DNA of 64,000 nt from IMG/VR virus record IMGVR_UViG_3300032007_000001; one strand, 5' to 3'. Shown here in pieces: positions 36,967 to 46,424 of this stretch. Positions within the stretch are counted from its first letter, which is position 1; the number at the start of each line of letters is the position of its first letter. The notes under the pieces were generated by a model. It saw only the letters and a program-made list of their open reading frames with translations, did not search any database and was not told the origin of the DNA. Position numbers and translations under genes: made by a program. This DNA is from a virus (taxonomy: Duplodnaviria > Caudoviricetes).

Positions 36967-37322
36967 AAAATTTGGAAAACGAAGATTTAGTCAATGACGT
37001 AGATATAACAAAACGTTATGATAATGAATGGGAAGACATATATCATATTAAAATTATTGACAGCGATTACATTAATAATTCCAAATTGGACGAATTTGAG
37101 TGGTGCTATTTCTTAATGAATAGTACAAAGTATCAATTGATACCAAATTATTCAAAACATAAGGATTTAGATTACTCAATTCCTGAAGAAATGGAAACAA
37201 GAGCAATGAAAATAAATAGAGATATTTTCTCCACAGCAGATAAACATGAGAAAAAAATATTGGAAGAAAAAAGAGGGTATATGCCAACCAAATATATCTT
37301 AAATTATAGATGTAAACAATAA
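36879..37322 (+). CDS. Hypothetical protein (true start probably near 36970)
   Basis: Fills the gap between phoH and the fibre gene. Confidence 0.5.
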   Translation: MRCYYNVRKRRKPFRTCKRCKYEIQQKGLKNLENEDLVNDVDITKRYDNEWEDIYHIKIIDSDYINNSKLDEFEWCYFLMNSTKYQLIPNYSKHKDLDYSIPEEMETRAMKINRDIFSTADKHEKKILEEKRGYMPTKYILNYRCKQ

Positions 37323-37333
37323 TCGGTGATAGT

Positions 37334-39586
37334 ATGACTATTAATTTCAATGATATAATTAACTATGGTAATGCAAAATTCAAAGTAGTAAAAATAGCTA
37401 CAAGCAACGATATAGAAACAATTAATAATAAAATAAATTCTATTGATAAAAACAGAAAAAATTCTACAGTTTATTCAATAAATGATATTGCATTTTCACC
37501 GAGTTTACCGTCCTATTTGGTTCTGCTTTGTTCAGAAGGTGGAACGACCGCAGCAACCGAACCTGACTTCTCCGAAGCGGAGGAAAATGAAACGGTTACT
37601 GACGGCACGGTTGTCTGGACGTACAAGAACATTCTTAGCGACAATGGTGGTGGCGGTGTCCCATTAGCTGCAATCATTCCTTGGGTGGATGACGTAAATA
37701 CTGTACCAGCGGGATTCTTGCTGTGCGACGGTAGTGCCGTATCGCGTACTGCGTATCCCGATTTGTTTGGAGCTATTGGCATGAAGTACGGTGCTGGCGA
37801 CGGCTCTACAACGTTCAATGTTCCCGATTTGACTGATGCCGCAATCCTCAATGGTAGCTACGACAAGACAACGTTCACGACAGCTGGTTCTGCTACGTTT
37901 ACTGCACCGAAAGATGGGTATTACAAAATTACTGTAAAAGGTGCAGGCGGTGGCGGTGGCGGAAGCTATGGGTCTGGTTCAAGTTATTCCTATTCCGGCG
38001 GGGGCGGTGGCGAAGGGGGCATGACGTTTGCGTTGGAACATCTTAGCACTGGCGATACAGTTTCTGTAGTCGTAGGAGCAGGAGGAGCAGGAGGCGCAGG
38101 AAACGCAAACGGGTCAGACGGCGGAGATACAACGGCAACAGTTAACCTTAATACCTATACTGCTGGCGGCGGTAAGGGTGGATTTAGGTTTAGTGGTACG
38201 ACTGGAGAAAGCGGCGGTGGTGGAGGGACTGGAACTATTGCGGGCGCAGCTGGAGGCGTTCCCCACATATATCAAGGGAATAGTTCGGCCGGAGAATCGG
38301 GTGGAGGTGCTGGCGGCGGTGCTGGTATAGTTAATGTAGCTGGCAAAAACGGAACGAAAGGCGGCGGTGGTAGCGGTGGTGGTGGTACTTATACTTCTAG
38401 CGCTAAAGGCGGTGGCAACGGCGGCGACGGTTATGTGTGGATAGAGTACATCGGCACGGCTTCGCAGTATCTCATCAAATATACTTCGACTGTCGTTGAT
38501 TCTGAGGTTTCTGCGGCAACCTCTGCAAGCGAGGCTAAAGCAGCGGCGCAAGCTGCTGAATCTTACGCTGGCTCTGCGGGAATCCCTGTCGGTACGCTGT
38601 TCCCCTATGCCGCTGACACGCAGACACCGCCCACGGGCTTCCTGTTCTGCAACGGGCAAGCGGTTTCGCGGACTATGTACGCTGATTTGTTTAGTGTGCT
38701 TAGTACGACATGGGGCGCGGGTGACGGCTCCACGACGTTCAATCTGCCACGTTCGGAAGATTTGGTGCTTCAGGGCGCGGGCGCGACGAATCCTGTGGGA
38801 ACGTATAAGAGCGCAGGGTTGCCGAATATCGAGGGCAGTCTGCACTCTAGTTCATCGCTTTGGATTGTAAACATGCCTCCTGCTGGAAGCACAGAAAGTG
38901 GAGCGCTTTCTGTTACAAGAGGTAGCGTGAAGGACTTTTCGGGTACGTCAAGCACGGTAAACTGGCCAACAGACTTAAATTTTGATGCTTCTCAGGCAAA
39001 CGCCATATACGGCGCGTCTGATACCGTCCAGCCCCCTGCGGCTTGCGTGAAATTCATCATCAAAGCCTACGACGGCGTAACGCCGACGAGCGCAGGGATT
39101 GATTTGTCGCAGTATGCTTCTGATTTGAGTAATAAGGCTGACCGTAGCTTGTCGAATCTCGACGGAAATGGCGAGCAGAAGCTAACAGACACGATGGAAA
39201 GCGTTGTGTATGAAGACGGATTTGCCATTATCTATCTGAACGGCGGGAGTGAAAGCATCCCTGCAAATATTGTGATAAACAGCAGATACGTTGAAGCTAA
39301 TCCGTTCCCGGGGTATTTAGTCGGGTGCTGTGCAGAGGTTCAAGTTAACGATGAGTGGGGAAACCCGGGTTGGTGTTCCTATAGCACAAACGCGCAGGCT
39401 GTCGGAGTTGTTGCGAATCAGCTTGACGACAACTCGATTGTTGTGCAAACAGGAGCGGCAAATCAATACCTTGTATTTCCAAGCGAGAATGCGGGAAATC
39501 CATTTGGACTAACTACTGCAATAACAGGGCCGCTACCATGCCGCGTAAAGGTTTGGAAAGTCGGAAAGGTGGCGAATAACGCATGA
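37334..39586 (+). CDS. Tail fibre with two tail-collar domains and a glycine-rich domain
   Basis: Two P.GFLxCxGxAVSRTxYxDLF...GAGDGSTTFNxP collar motifs, Gly-rich block, AGLPNIEG, C-terminal NPFPG...PCRVKVWK tip; much higher GC from ~37500. Confidence 0.9.
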   Translation: MTINFNDIINYGNAKFKVVKIATSNDIETINNKINSIDKNRKNSTVYSINDIAFSPSLPSYLVLLCSEGGTTAATEPDFSEAEENETVTDGTVVWTYKNILSDNGGGGVPLAAIIPWVDDVNTVPAGFLLCDGSAVSRTAYPDLFGAIGMKYGAGDGSTTFNVPDLTDAAILNGSYDKTTFTTAGSATFTAPKDGYYKITVKGAGGGGGGSYGSGSSYSYSGGGGGEGGMTFALEHLSTGDTVSVVVGAGGAGGAGNANGSDGGDTTATVNLNTYTAGGGKGGFRFSGTTGESGGGGGTGTIAGAAGGVPHIYQGNSSAGESGGGAGGGAGIVNVAGKNGTKGGGGSGGGGTYTSSAKGGGNGGDGYVWIEYIGTASQYLIKYTSTVVDSEVSAATSASEAKAAAQAAESYAGSAGIPVGTLFPYAADTQTPPTGFLFCNGQAVSRTMYADLFSVLSTTWGAGDGSTTFNLPRSEDLVLQGAGATNPVGTYKSAGLPNIEGSLHSSSSLWIVNMPPAGSTESGALSVTRGSVKDFSGTSSTVNWPTDLNFDASQANAIYGASDTVQPPAACVKFIIKAYDGVTPTSAGIDLSQYASDLSNKADRSLSNLDGNGEQKLTDTMESVVYEDGFAIIYLNGGSESIPANIVINSRYVEANPFPGYLVGCCAEVQVNDEWGNPGWCSYSTNAQAVGVVANQLDDNSIVVQTGAANQYLVFPSENAGNPFGLTTAITGPLPCRVKVWKVGKVANNA

Positions 39587-39684
39587 AAATCTACGCAGTA
39601 GTTGGAACAGCACGGCAAACTATCATCGTGTGCAACGTGCGGTACAATCCGCAAGAGAACGAAGTTCTAACGCATAACTACTAA
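39583..39684 (+). pseudogene. Truncated remnant of the donor's downstream gene (probable fibre chaperone)
   Basis: ATGA overlap with the fibre stop; MKIYAVVGTARQTIIVCNVRYNPQENEVLTHNY*, GC-rich until ~39670 then AT-rich. Confidence 0.55.
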
Positions 39685-39714
39685 GCAAAGAACAATAAAA
39701 ATAAATATAAAACG

Positions 39715-39755
39715 AAGATGGACCGATATACCATTAAGCATATCGGTCCATCTTT
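39715..39755 (+). terminator. Long hairpin / terminator after the fibre cassette
   Basis: AAGATGGACCGATAT...ATATCGGTCCATCTTT. Confidence 0.7.
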
Positions 39756-39859
39756 CAATTAGAGAGGAGGCTTTCAAATAGTCGAGAGTGTAAAAGGAGG
39801 ATTATTATGTTTACAAATGGGGAAAAAAGATGTTTGGAGGTTTCCATTAGATAAATACA

Positions 39860-40351
39860 CTAAAATCTGTCATCATATTCCTGGTCTGCTTTATAATAAA
39901 AATATTCTATTTCATCTGCTTTTCTGCATTCGTCTGGATAATTTTCTCTTAAATAATCTATCATATCTTCTTCCATTTTTGAAAAAGATTTTTCTACATT
40001 ATCGGTATATCCATTTTCAAGAATAAATTCTTTAATTGTCTTGCAACCGAATTGTTCTAATATTTTTTCAATTTGTTCATCATTTAATTCATCTAAACCA
40101 GTCGCTTCACACATATATTCATATACATATGAATCGGAAAAATCATCCATATAATCTTCATATAACTCTGCAATTTCTTTTTTGGGTTTACAATATTCCC
40201 AATCAATTAAATCATGGTCATCATAATACTCTTCTGCAAAATGTTCTGCGCCATGTTCGTATTCTTTCTGAGCTGCTTCTACTAATTTTTGTTTATCTAT
40301 TTTTTTAATTAATTCATTAAAATTTGCATCTGCTTTTTTCAAACGCTTCAT
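39860..40351 (-). CDS. Highly acidic protein, MKRL-leader family
   Basis: MKRLKKADAN then D/E-rich body. Confidence 0.8.
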   Translation of the reverse strand: MKRLKKADANFNELIKKIDKQKLVEAAQKEYEHGAEHFAEEYYDDHDLIDWEYCKPKKEIAELYEDYMDDFSDSYVYEYMCEATGLDELNDEQIEKILEQFGCKTIKEFILENGYTDNVEKSFSKMEEDMIDYLRENYPDECRKADEIEYFYYKADQEYDDRF

Positions 40352-40363
40352 ATTCTAACCACC

Positions 40364-40609
40364 TTAAAGAATTTCAAATACTTTATCATTAAAAACCTTA
40401 TATGACGAACCGCAATTCTGACAGTATATAATTCCTTCTTTTGTTTTAAGCGGTTCATATCCACATTCTACACATTTTCGTTCAGATTTTATAGATGCTG
40501 AATCCAATTCATTCAATTGTATCATATCTTCAGCTTCATTATGTGTAAGTTCAACATTAACGTAATTTTTTTCACCTGGTATCGTTGCCTTTTTAATTAA
40601 ATGTTTCAT
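40364..40609 (-). CDS. Zn-ribbon protein, MKRL-leader family
   Basis: MKHLIKKATI; CVECG...CQNCG. Confidence 0.75.
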   Translation of the reverse strand: MKHLIKKATIPGEKNYVNVELTHNEAEDMIQLNELDSASIKSERKCVECGYEPLKTKEGIIYCQNCGSSYKVFNDKVFEIL

Positions 40610-40650
40610 AACATCATTCCATTTATTTTTATTCTCTAAACAAAATAAAA

Positions 40651-40848
40651 TTAACTATCAATTTTTTTATTTGCATCTTTTAAAGTTTTTAATAAAGTAT
40701 CATCTTCTAAATAAAAATAATCTCTTCCTGGGTCAAATCCTATATTTTGCAATAATTGAAAAAATCTCCAATCTGGTACTTTGTCCCACAAAATTGCAAA
40801 TTCATTTAGTATTTCACCAATTCTTTTTGGGTCTCTCATTTCTTTCAC
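40651..40848 (-). CDS. Small conserved phage protein (RDPKRI...PDWRFxQ, YihD/DUF1040-like)
   Basis: MRDPKRIGEIL...WDKVPDWRFFQL...YLEDD. Confidence 0.7.
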   Translation of the reverse strand: MKEMRDPKRIGEILNEFAILWDKVPDWRFFQLLQNIGFDPGRDYFYLEDDTLLKTLKDANKKIDS

Positions 40849-40889
40849 CTCTAAATATATTCTACTATAAAAAAATACTTTTTTTAATT

Positions 40890-40921
40890 AAAAAGGACAA
40901 AACATTTAATTTTGTCCTTTT
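40890..40921. terminator. Terminator hairpin
   Basis: AAAAGGACAAAA...TTTTGTCCTTTT. Confidence 0.65.
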
Positions 40922-40927
40922 ATATAA

Positions 40928-42475
40928 TTAAGCAAATATAATAGTAAGAGTATTATCTCCTTTAAGTAATTGAGAAGTAATTTGAGACCTAATGCTATTA
41001 TTTACATTAGCTAATGTTACTTTAGTTACGGAAGAATCTTTGAACATATCACTTATTCTATTAGTATTGATTATGCTACTGCAATCAATAATCCAAGGGA
41101 ATTCAGAAGGTAAAGAAGTACAATAATAAAACATCCTATACATATTAGTTACATTATTAGTATCTAATTGTGGTATGGAAGTAAGTTTAGTACAATTAAA
41201 AAACATCTCTTTCATACTAGTTACTTTACTAGTGTTTAGGTTTTTAAATATATCTTCATTACCAGTAAGTTTATTACAATCATAAAACATACTGCCCATA
41301 TTAGTTACGCTACTAGTATCTAATTGTGGTATGGAAGTAAGAGAACTACATTCATAAAACATACAATACATATTTGTTACCTTGCTGGTGTCTAATTGTG
41401 GTATAGTAGTAAGATTATCACAACGAACAAACATTTCCTTAGTAGTAGTTAAATTACTACTATTTAATTTATCAGGTACAATAATCATAGTATGATAAAT
41501 AGAAGGATATAATTGGCTCATTTCATAATTACTGTCAGTTAATATTATGATAGCAATAGTAGCTTCACTTGCACTAACAGTAGTATTACCAGTTATAGTA
41601 CCAGAAGAAGCAGATAAAGTACCTGCATTATATCCTTCTGCTCCAGCTACTGTAGCAGTCCAAGTAGTACCATATTCAACAGTAAAGTTCTGGTCTGAAG
41701 AAATACTTGTTACTGTTACTGGAGAAGAATCCGGCTCTGTATATGTTAATGTTATTATTTGATTTGTTGTTCCGGCAATCGTTAATAATACTTGAAAATC
41801 AACATTAACACCAAGTGTTACAGATGATGGAGCATTATAATTATTATCTCCTAAAGCGCTTATTGTAACATTAGAAGAACCGGTTTTATGTCCAGTAAAT
41901 GTAATTATATTATTATTAATTGTAGTTGTAACTACATCTGTATCACTAGATAAAGCTGATATAGCACTATTGCTAGAATGATTAGCTGTAATAACATCTG
42001 TATTATGACTTTTTGTTAAAGATATATTATCTTTACTTAATCTTATACTATCATCAGCTTTATTTATTGTCCAAGATATTGTAATTGGGTCGTCTGTTTC
42101 GTCTTGCCATACATATCCTTCTACTGGAGTAAATGTAGCAGAATATGTTCCAGCATTTATTTCAGCTTGGAAATTTGTTAAAATCAAATGCATATCGTCA
42201 TAAGACATCCATTCTGGTGTTTTTGCATTTCCATCATATGTTAAAGTTCCTGATTGAGATGGCACACCATTCACACGACATGTCGTTTTCGTTACATAAA
42301 AATATTCATTATCTTTTTTTATGTACATTCCAATTTTTGTATTATCTATAGCATTTACTTTCGTAGCTGCTACTTCATATCCTCCGAATTTTACTCTTGG
42401 ATATGTAGTTGTATCATTACTATCTATTAATAAACAACTTATACCATTAATTTTTTTATATCCCACTACTTTCAC
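40928..42475 (-). CDS. Modular adhesin: shared anchor + Ig-like modules + BspA/DUF285-type leucine-rich repeats
   Basis: N-terminal TTTYPRV anchor; PSQSGTLTYDG..NAGTYSATFTP; IPQLDTSxVTNMxxMFYxCxxL repeats. Confidence 0.8.
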   Translation of the reverse strand: MKVVGYKKINGISCLLIDSNDTTTYPRVKFGGYEVAATKVNAIDNTKIGMYIKKDNEYFYVTKTTCRVNGVPSQSGTLTYDGNAKTPEWMSYDDMHLILTNFQAEINAGTYSATFTPVEGYVWQDETDDPITISWTINKADDSIRLSKDNISLTKSHNTDVITANHSSNSAISALSSDTDVVTTTINNNIITFTGHKTGSSNVTISALGDNNYNAPSSVTLGVNVDFQVLLTIAGTTNQIITLTYTEPDSSPVTVTSISSDQNFTVEYGTTWTATVAGAEGYNAGTLSASSGTITGNTTVSASEATIAIIILTDSNYEMSQLYPSIYHTMIIVPDKLNSSNLTTTKEMFVRCDNLTTIPQLDTSKVTNMYCMFYECSSLTSIPQLDTSSVTNMGSMFYDCNKLTGNEDIFKNLNTSKVTSMKEMFFNCTKLTSIPQLDTNNVTNMYRMFYYCTSLPSEFPWIIDCSSIINTNRISDMFKDSSVTKVTLANVNNSIRSQITSQLLKGDNTLTIIFA

Positions 42476-42536
42476 TCCACTTATAAAAAATCTTTACATA
42501 AAATAAATAAAATAAATATAAAAAGGAAATATAACG

Positions 42537-42830
42537 ATGAAAAAATTTACAATAGATTTGTCTAATGCTAAAGAAAAACAAGAAAAAACAATGACAATAG
42601 AAGATTATATATTTTTATATATGAAATCTTTCGTTGAAAAAGAATTTGTTGCATTAACAAAAAAATATAAAAATTTGGACCAAAGAAATATAAAAGAAAA
42701 ATATAAATGTTTTGGAGAAATGGAAATGTTATTAAAAGTTGGCCAAAACATTGGAATGTTCAACAATTTTACATCTTATAAAGACTTAAAAGACCAAATA
42801 GATGGACTCATTGAATTCATGCAGCAATAA
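42537..42830 (+). CDS. Hypothetical protein
   Basis: SD AAGGA. Confidence 0.65.
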   Translation: MKKFTIDLSNAKEKQEKTMTIEDYIFLYMKSFVEKEFVALTKKYKNLDQRNIKEKYKCFGEMEMLLKVGQNIGMFNNFTSYKDLKDQIDGLIEFMQQ

Positions 42831-42888
42831 ATCAAAACATTGCTGCTTTTTTATTTTTTCTATAGACAAGCATAAGGAGGTGTTGTAT

Positions 42889-43290
42889 ATGCAAATCATA
42901 TATGTTTCTTATCCATTAAAATATTTTTATTTACGAAATAGAATCTATAAATTTGTTTTAGACAATAAAAATTTTCCAATTGATATGTTCAAGATTTTCG
43001 ATGTTGTGTTAGATGATATTAATGACAGTAAATATTCTGCTCTTATAGCAGATATGAAAAAAAATATCATACCAAAATGTGACGAAATATGGGTATTTGA
43101 AGAAATACATGATTTCATGTTAGAAGATATTACAATAGCTAAGAAAAAAAATGTTCCTATTAAATATGTAACATTGGAAACAATAGTAAGATTTATTACT
43201 CCAGAAGAAATTAAATTTAGTAAATCTTTATTAAAAAGATATAATACTGAAGATTTACAAAAGATGATTGAAGTTAAATTTGCCTCTTAA
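42889..43290 (+). CDS. DUF4406/deoxyribosyltransferase-like fold protein (degenerate)
   Basis: IYVSYP...KCDEIWVF...AKKKNVPIKY; start reset to ATG 42889 (SD AAGGAGG). Confidence 0.6.
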   Translation: MQIIYVSYPLKYFYLRNRIYKFVLDNKNFPIDMFKIFDVVLDDINDSKYSALIADMKKNIIPKCDEIWVFEEIHDFMLEDITIAKKKNVPIKYVTLETIVRFITPEEIKFSKSLLKRYNTEDLQKMIEVKFAS

Positions 43291-43434
43291 AAAGAGGCTT
43301 TTTTATTTATCTAAAAATTTTTTCAAAAAAATTTTAATTTTTTTGTGAAATCTTTTCTTTTTTTAAAATTTTTTGTTATAATCTGAATAGGAACCACCGA
43401 AAAACAATAAATTTTTTTAGAGGAGGCTGAAAAA

Positions 43435-43959
43435 ATGAAAGCAGCAGGAACAAAAACAAACAAAACGGTGAAAGGGGCAATTGCAATGACGAAGTACGAA
43501 AAAAAGAAACAACTGAATGGGTACAAATCTATGAGGGACCTGGAAAGAGCAATGGGGTTGAGACTCGATAGCATAAGCCAATGGATGAGCTACCACAACA
43601 TACACGACCTCAAAATCGCTCTCAAGTGCATCAAAAAACCCAAAAAGGTAACAAAACATAGGGAACCAATCGAATACAAAGGAAAAACGTTTGAGACGAA
43701 AGCATCTTTAGCAAAATATCTCAACATTGACAGTAGGAAATTGTGCTCGTATTTATCGAAACACAAAGGAACAAACATTGAAGATGCAATCAAAAACCTC
43801 AAGAGTGGTATGCATTGTTGCACATTCAACGGGAAGAAATACAAAAACAAGGTAGAAATGTGTAAGGATTTGGGCATCAACATTTGTGCATTCAGATACT
43901 ACTACAATATAAAGAAGTTGCCAGTCAAAATCGCAGTCAAGATATGTTTGGGAAAGTAA
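43435..43959 (+). CDS. Basic DNA-binding protein with repeated NUMOD-like HTH modules
   Basis: NGYKSMRDLERAMGL, YKGKTFETKASLAKYLNI, FNGKKYKNKVEMCKDLGI. Confidence 0.65.
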   Translation: MKAAGTKTNKTVKGAIAMTKYEKKKQLNGYKSMRDLERAMGLRLDSISQWMSYHNIHDLKIALKCIKKPKKVTKHREPIEYKGKTFETKASLAKYLNIDSRKLCSYLSKHKGTNIEDAIKNLKSGMHCCTFNGKKYKNKVEMCKDLGINICAFRYYYNIKKLPVKIAVKICLGK

Positions 43960-43967
43960 TTAAATTG

Positions 43968-43998
43968 AAAAAGAGGAGCTTAATTGCTCCTCTTTTTT
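43968..43998. terminator. Bidirectional terminator
   Basis: AAAAAGAGGAGC-TTAATT-GCTCCTCTTTTTT. Confidence 0.8.
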
Positions 43999-44000
43999 AT

Positions 44001-44750
44001 TTAGTCAATCATATATTGTAAAATATTTTCAGTTAATTTCATCTTAAACGAATTCTTTTGATGGAGTTCTTCTATTCTCTTTTTTGCTTCCATATTTTCT
44101 ATTTTACCAGTCAATAAATACTTATCCAAAACATCATATGAAAAACCAAGATTTTCTTCATCTGTTTTTCCAGTCAATCCATCACTTGGAGGTTTTAATA
44201 AAAATTCTTCTGGTATTCCCAAACATCTTCCAATCTGTATAACTTCCCATACAGTTAAATTGAATAACGGTGCAAAATCTCCAACACCGTCTCCATATAA
44301 TGTACTATATCCTATATATCTCTCTGAAAAATTGCTTGTATTCACAACCAATGCATTTGAGCTTTGAGCAACAGCATACAATACAGACATGCGAAGACGT
44401 GGTGCTAGATTTATTTTTGTTTGTTCCGTCAAATTAACATCTTGTTTTTGAATCTGTTCAAGTATTGTCAAATAAGACATCGCAATATTTACAATATATG
44501 GTTTTATATCCAAATATCTGCAAATATCTCCAGCAGTGTCCATATCATTCATAATACCATTTGGAATAATAACACCCAAAACTCTGTCTTTCCCAACAGC
44601 TTCAACGCATATTTTGGCAGTAACTGTAGAATCTTTTCCTCCAGAAATACCAATAACTATATTTTTATTATTCTTCTTAAAAATATCTCTAACCCATTCA
44701 ATAACTTCATTTGTAGTTTTCTCTATATTCATTGGATACGCCTCCCACAT
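44001..44750 (-). CDS. nadE: NH3-dependent NAD+ synthetase
   Basis: GISGGKDS, NLAPRLRM, NFSE..IGYSTLYGDG..DFAPL, KPPSDGL..KTDEENLGFSY. Confidence 0.92.
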   Translation of the reverse strand: MWEAYPMNIEKTTNEVIEWVRDIFKKNNKNIVIGISGGKDSTVTAKICVEAVGKDRVLGVIIPNGIMNDMDTAGDICRYLDIKPYIVNIAMSYLTILEQIQKQDVNLTEQTKINLAPRLRMSVLYAVAQSSNALVVNTSNFSERYIGYSTLYGDGVGDFAPLFNLTVWEVIQIGRCLGIPEEFLLKPPSDGLTGKTDEENLGFSYDVLDKYLLTGKIENMEAKKRIEELHQKNSFKMKLTENILQYMID

Positions 44751-44810
44751 TATTATTTTATAATAAATTCAAAAAAATTAACATAACGTATAACAAAAAG
44801 GCTGAAAAAT

Positions 44811-45245
44811 TCAGCCCTTAAATTTGTCGCTTATCTTTTTGGCGATTTCATCATTTATTCTATAATCAATTACTAACACCTGTATTTTACTATCCAATAT
44901 CTTAAATATCATATCTTGAGTTAATTGCTTATCATTAATCACATCTGCAATTTCCAAATTTTTTAACTTATTATGAGAAAGAATATACTTCAATGCATTC
45001 AATCTCTTATTCCCATCTAAAACATTATAAATATTACCTTTTTCATGAAAAATCAAAAATTGCAAAGGAATATTTAATAATAAACTTTCTGCTATTTGAC
45101 TAGCAAAATTTTCATCAATTTCTGTTTTGTTCATATTGATTTTATTTGCTGTCATTAAACGCATTAATTGGTCAACTGTAAAATTAACAATATCAACTCT
45201 TAAATTGTTGGCTAATTCTTTTACTTGTTTTGTTAAATTATCCAT
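44811..45245 (-). CDS. Stand-alone DUF262 (GmrS-N/ParB-like) domain protein
   Basis: SQIAESLLLNIP and VLDGNKRLNAL (cf. S.LI.SIL.G.P and IDGQQRL). Confidence 0.7.
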   Translation of the reverse strand: MDNLTKQVKELANNLRVDIVNFTVDQLMRLMTANKINMNKTEIDENFASQIAESLLLNIPLQFLIFHEKGNIYNVLDGNKRLNALKYILSHNKLKNLEIADVINDKQLTQDMIFKILDSKIQVLVIDYRINDEIAKKISDKFKG

Positions 45246-45256
45246 AAAAACATCCT

Positions 45257-45784
45257 TTACATTCCAAAATTCTTTATAAATTCTTTTTTTGTTTTTTCAA
45301 TCAGCGTTTCTTTATTCATCGGCCTATCTAAATAAAATCTAAATTTATTTTTTATTTCATAATTTTCTTGAACTGTAACATCTAATTGCATAAATTTATA
45401 AAAAATTTTTTCATTTATATTGACATAATCAAATCTTTTGCGTAATATTTTTTCAATTTCATCAGAATAATATGATACTTTAAAACATTTTGTTCTTATA
45501 ACATAATAAAAATCAGAATATGTTTTCGCATATGAATCAATATAATCATAATCATAATTTGGTTCTTCACCAGAAATCAATTTATTGGTTTCAAAAACAT
45601 TAAAAATGGTTTTCATCAAAAACATTGTTCTTTTTATAATTTCTTCATCGCTTAAATATCTTCTATCTACTTTTTCACAACGAAAAACTTTTTTGTCGTT
45701 ATCAAAAATAACAACATCCAAATATTTTTTTGTTATATTTAATTGTGCTAAAAAATTTTCATACATTAATTTTTTCTTACTCAT
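45257..45784 (-). CDS. Hypothetical protein, paralogue of the neighbour
   Basis: KKYLD...LMK..F..FETNK..SGE...LDR shared with 45787..46314. Confidence 0.7.
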   Translation of the reverse strand: MSKKKLMYENFLAQLNITKKYLDVVIFDNDKKVFRCEKVDRRYLSDEEIIKRTMFLMKTIFNVFETNKLISGEEPNYDYDYIDSYAKTYSDFYYVIRTKCFKVSYYSDEIEKILRKRFDYVNINEKIFYKFMQLDVTVQENYEIKNKFRFYLDRPMNKETLIEKTKKEFIKNFGM

Positions 45785-45786
45785 AA

Positions 45787-46314
45787 TTAATTTCCAATCC
45801 TTTTCTTAAAAAAATCAATAAATTCTAATCTAAAATCATTTTTTGTTCGAATTCTATCCAATGGCAAAGGAATTGTTTTTATCGGAGATTGATTATAATG
45901 CAATGTAATAAGGTATTCTTTTTGCACATTATTTGAAAAAACATTTAATTTACAATCACTCATAAACGAAAAAATATATGACATTTGAACATAAATATCA
46001 TATTTACTACTAATATCAATAAAAAAATTAGTATGTACAAACAATTTTTTACATTCGCTTCGCACACTTTTTATAACATTAAAACCTTCACCATAAAGTT
46101 TTTTGTTTGTTTCATATATAAAATAAAGTTTTTGCATTAGCGACATTGCTAATGCTTTTATTTTTCTATCATCATTTTTTGAACAATAAATATTTTTTCC
46201 TTCAACTATCAATAAATCATCACATTTTACATTAATATCAAAATATTTTTTGTAAAAATGGATTGTAGTTACAAGATTTTCAAATTTGAATTCAAATGCT
46301 TTCATATCTCTCAC
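45787..46314 (-). CDS. Hypothetical protein, paralogue of the neighbour
   Basis: KKYFD...LMQ..Y..YETNK..YGE...LDR. Confidence 0.7.
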   Translation of the reverse strand: MRDMKAFEFKFENLVTTIHFYKKYFDINVKCDDLLIVEGKNIYCSKNDDRKIKALAMSLMQKLYFIYETNKKLYGEGFNVIKSVRSECKKLFVHTNFFIDISSKYDIYVQMSYIFSFMSDCKLNVFSNNVQKEYLITLHYNQSPIKTIPLPLDRIRTKNDFRLEFIDFFKKRIGN

Positions 46315-46321
46315 CGATTAA

Positions 46322-46356
46322 ATTTTATCACAAATAAAAAATTTTGTAAATACTTT
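46322..46356 (-). promoter_or_regulatory. Early promoter
   Basis: Minus strand AAAGTA-TTTACA-17 nt-(TGA)TAAAAT. Confidence 0.65.
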
Positions 46357-46424
46357 TATAACTATTCTTATGAAAGCAATTATTTTTATTTTATTTTATA
46401 GAGAAACAAGTGAGGTGACAAAAT

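Noticed and set aside
39690-39860. tRNA or structured ncRNA in the gap after the fibre gene (also 31930-32100)
   Set aside because: Only simple hairpins; no cloverleaf, T-loop GTTC or CCA pattern
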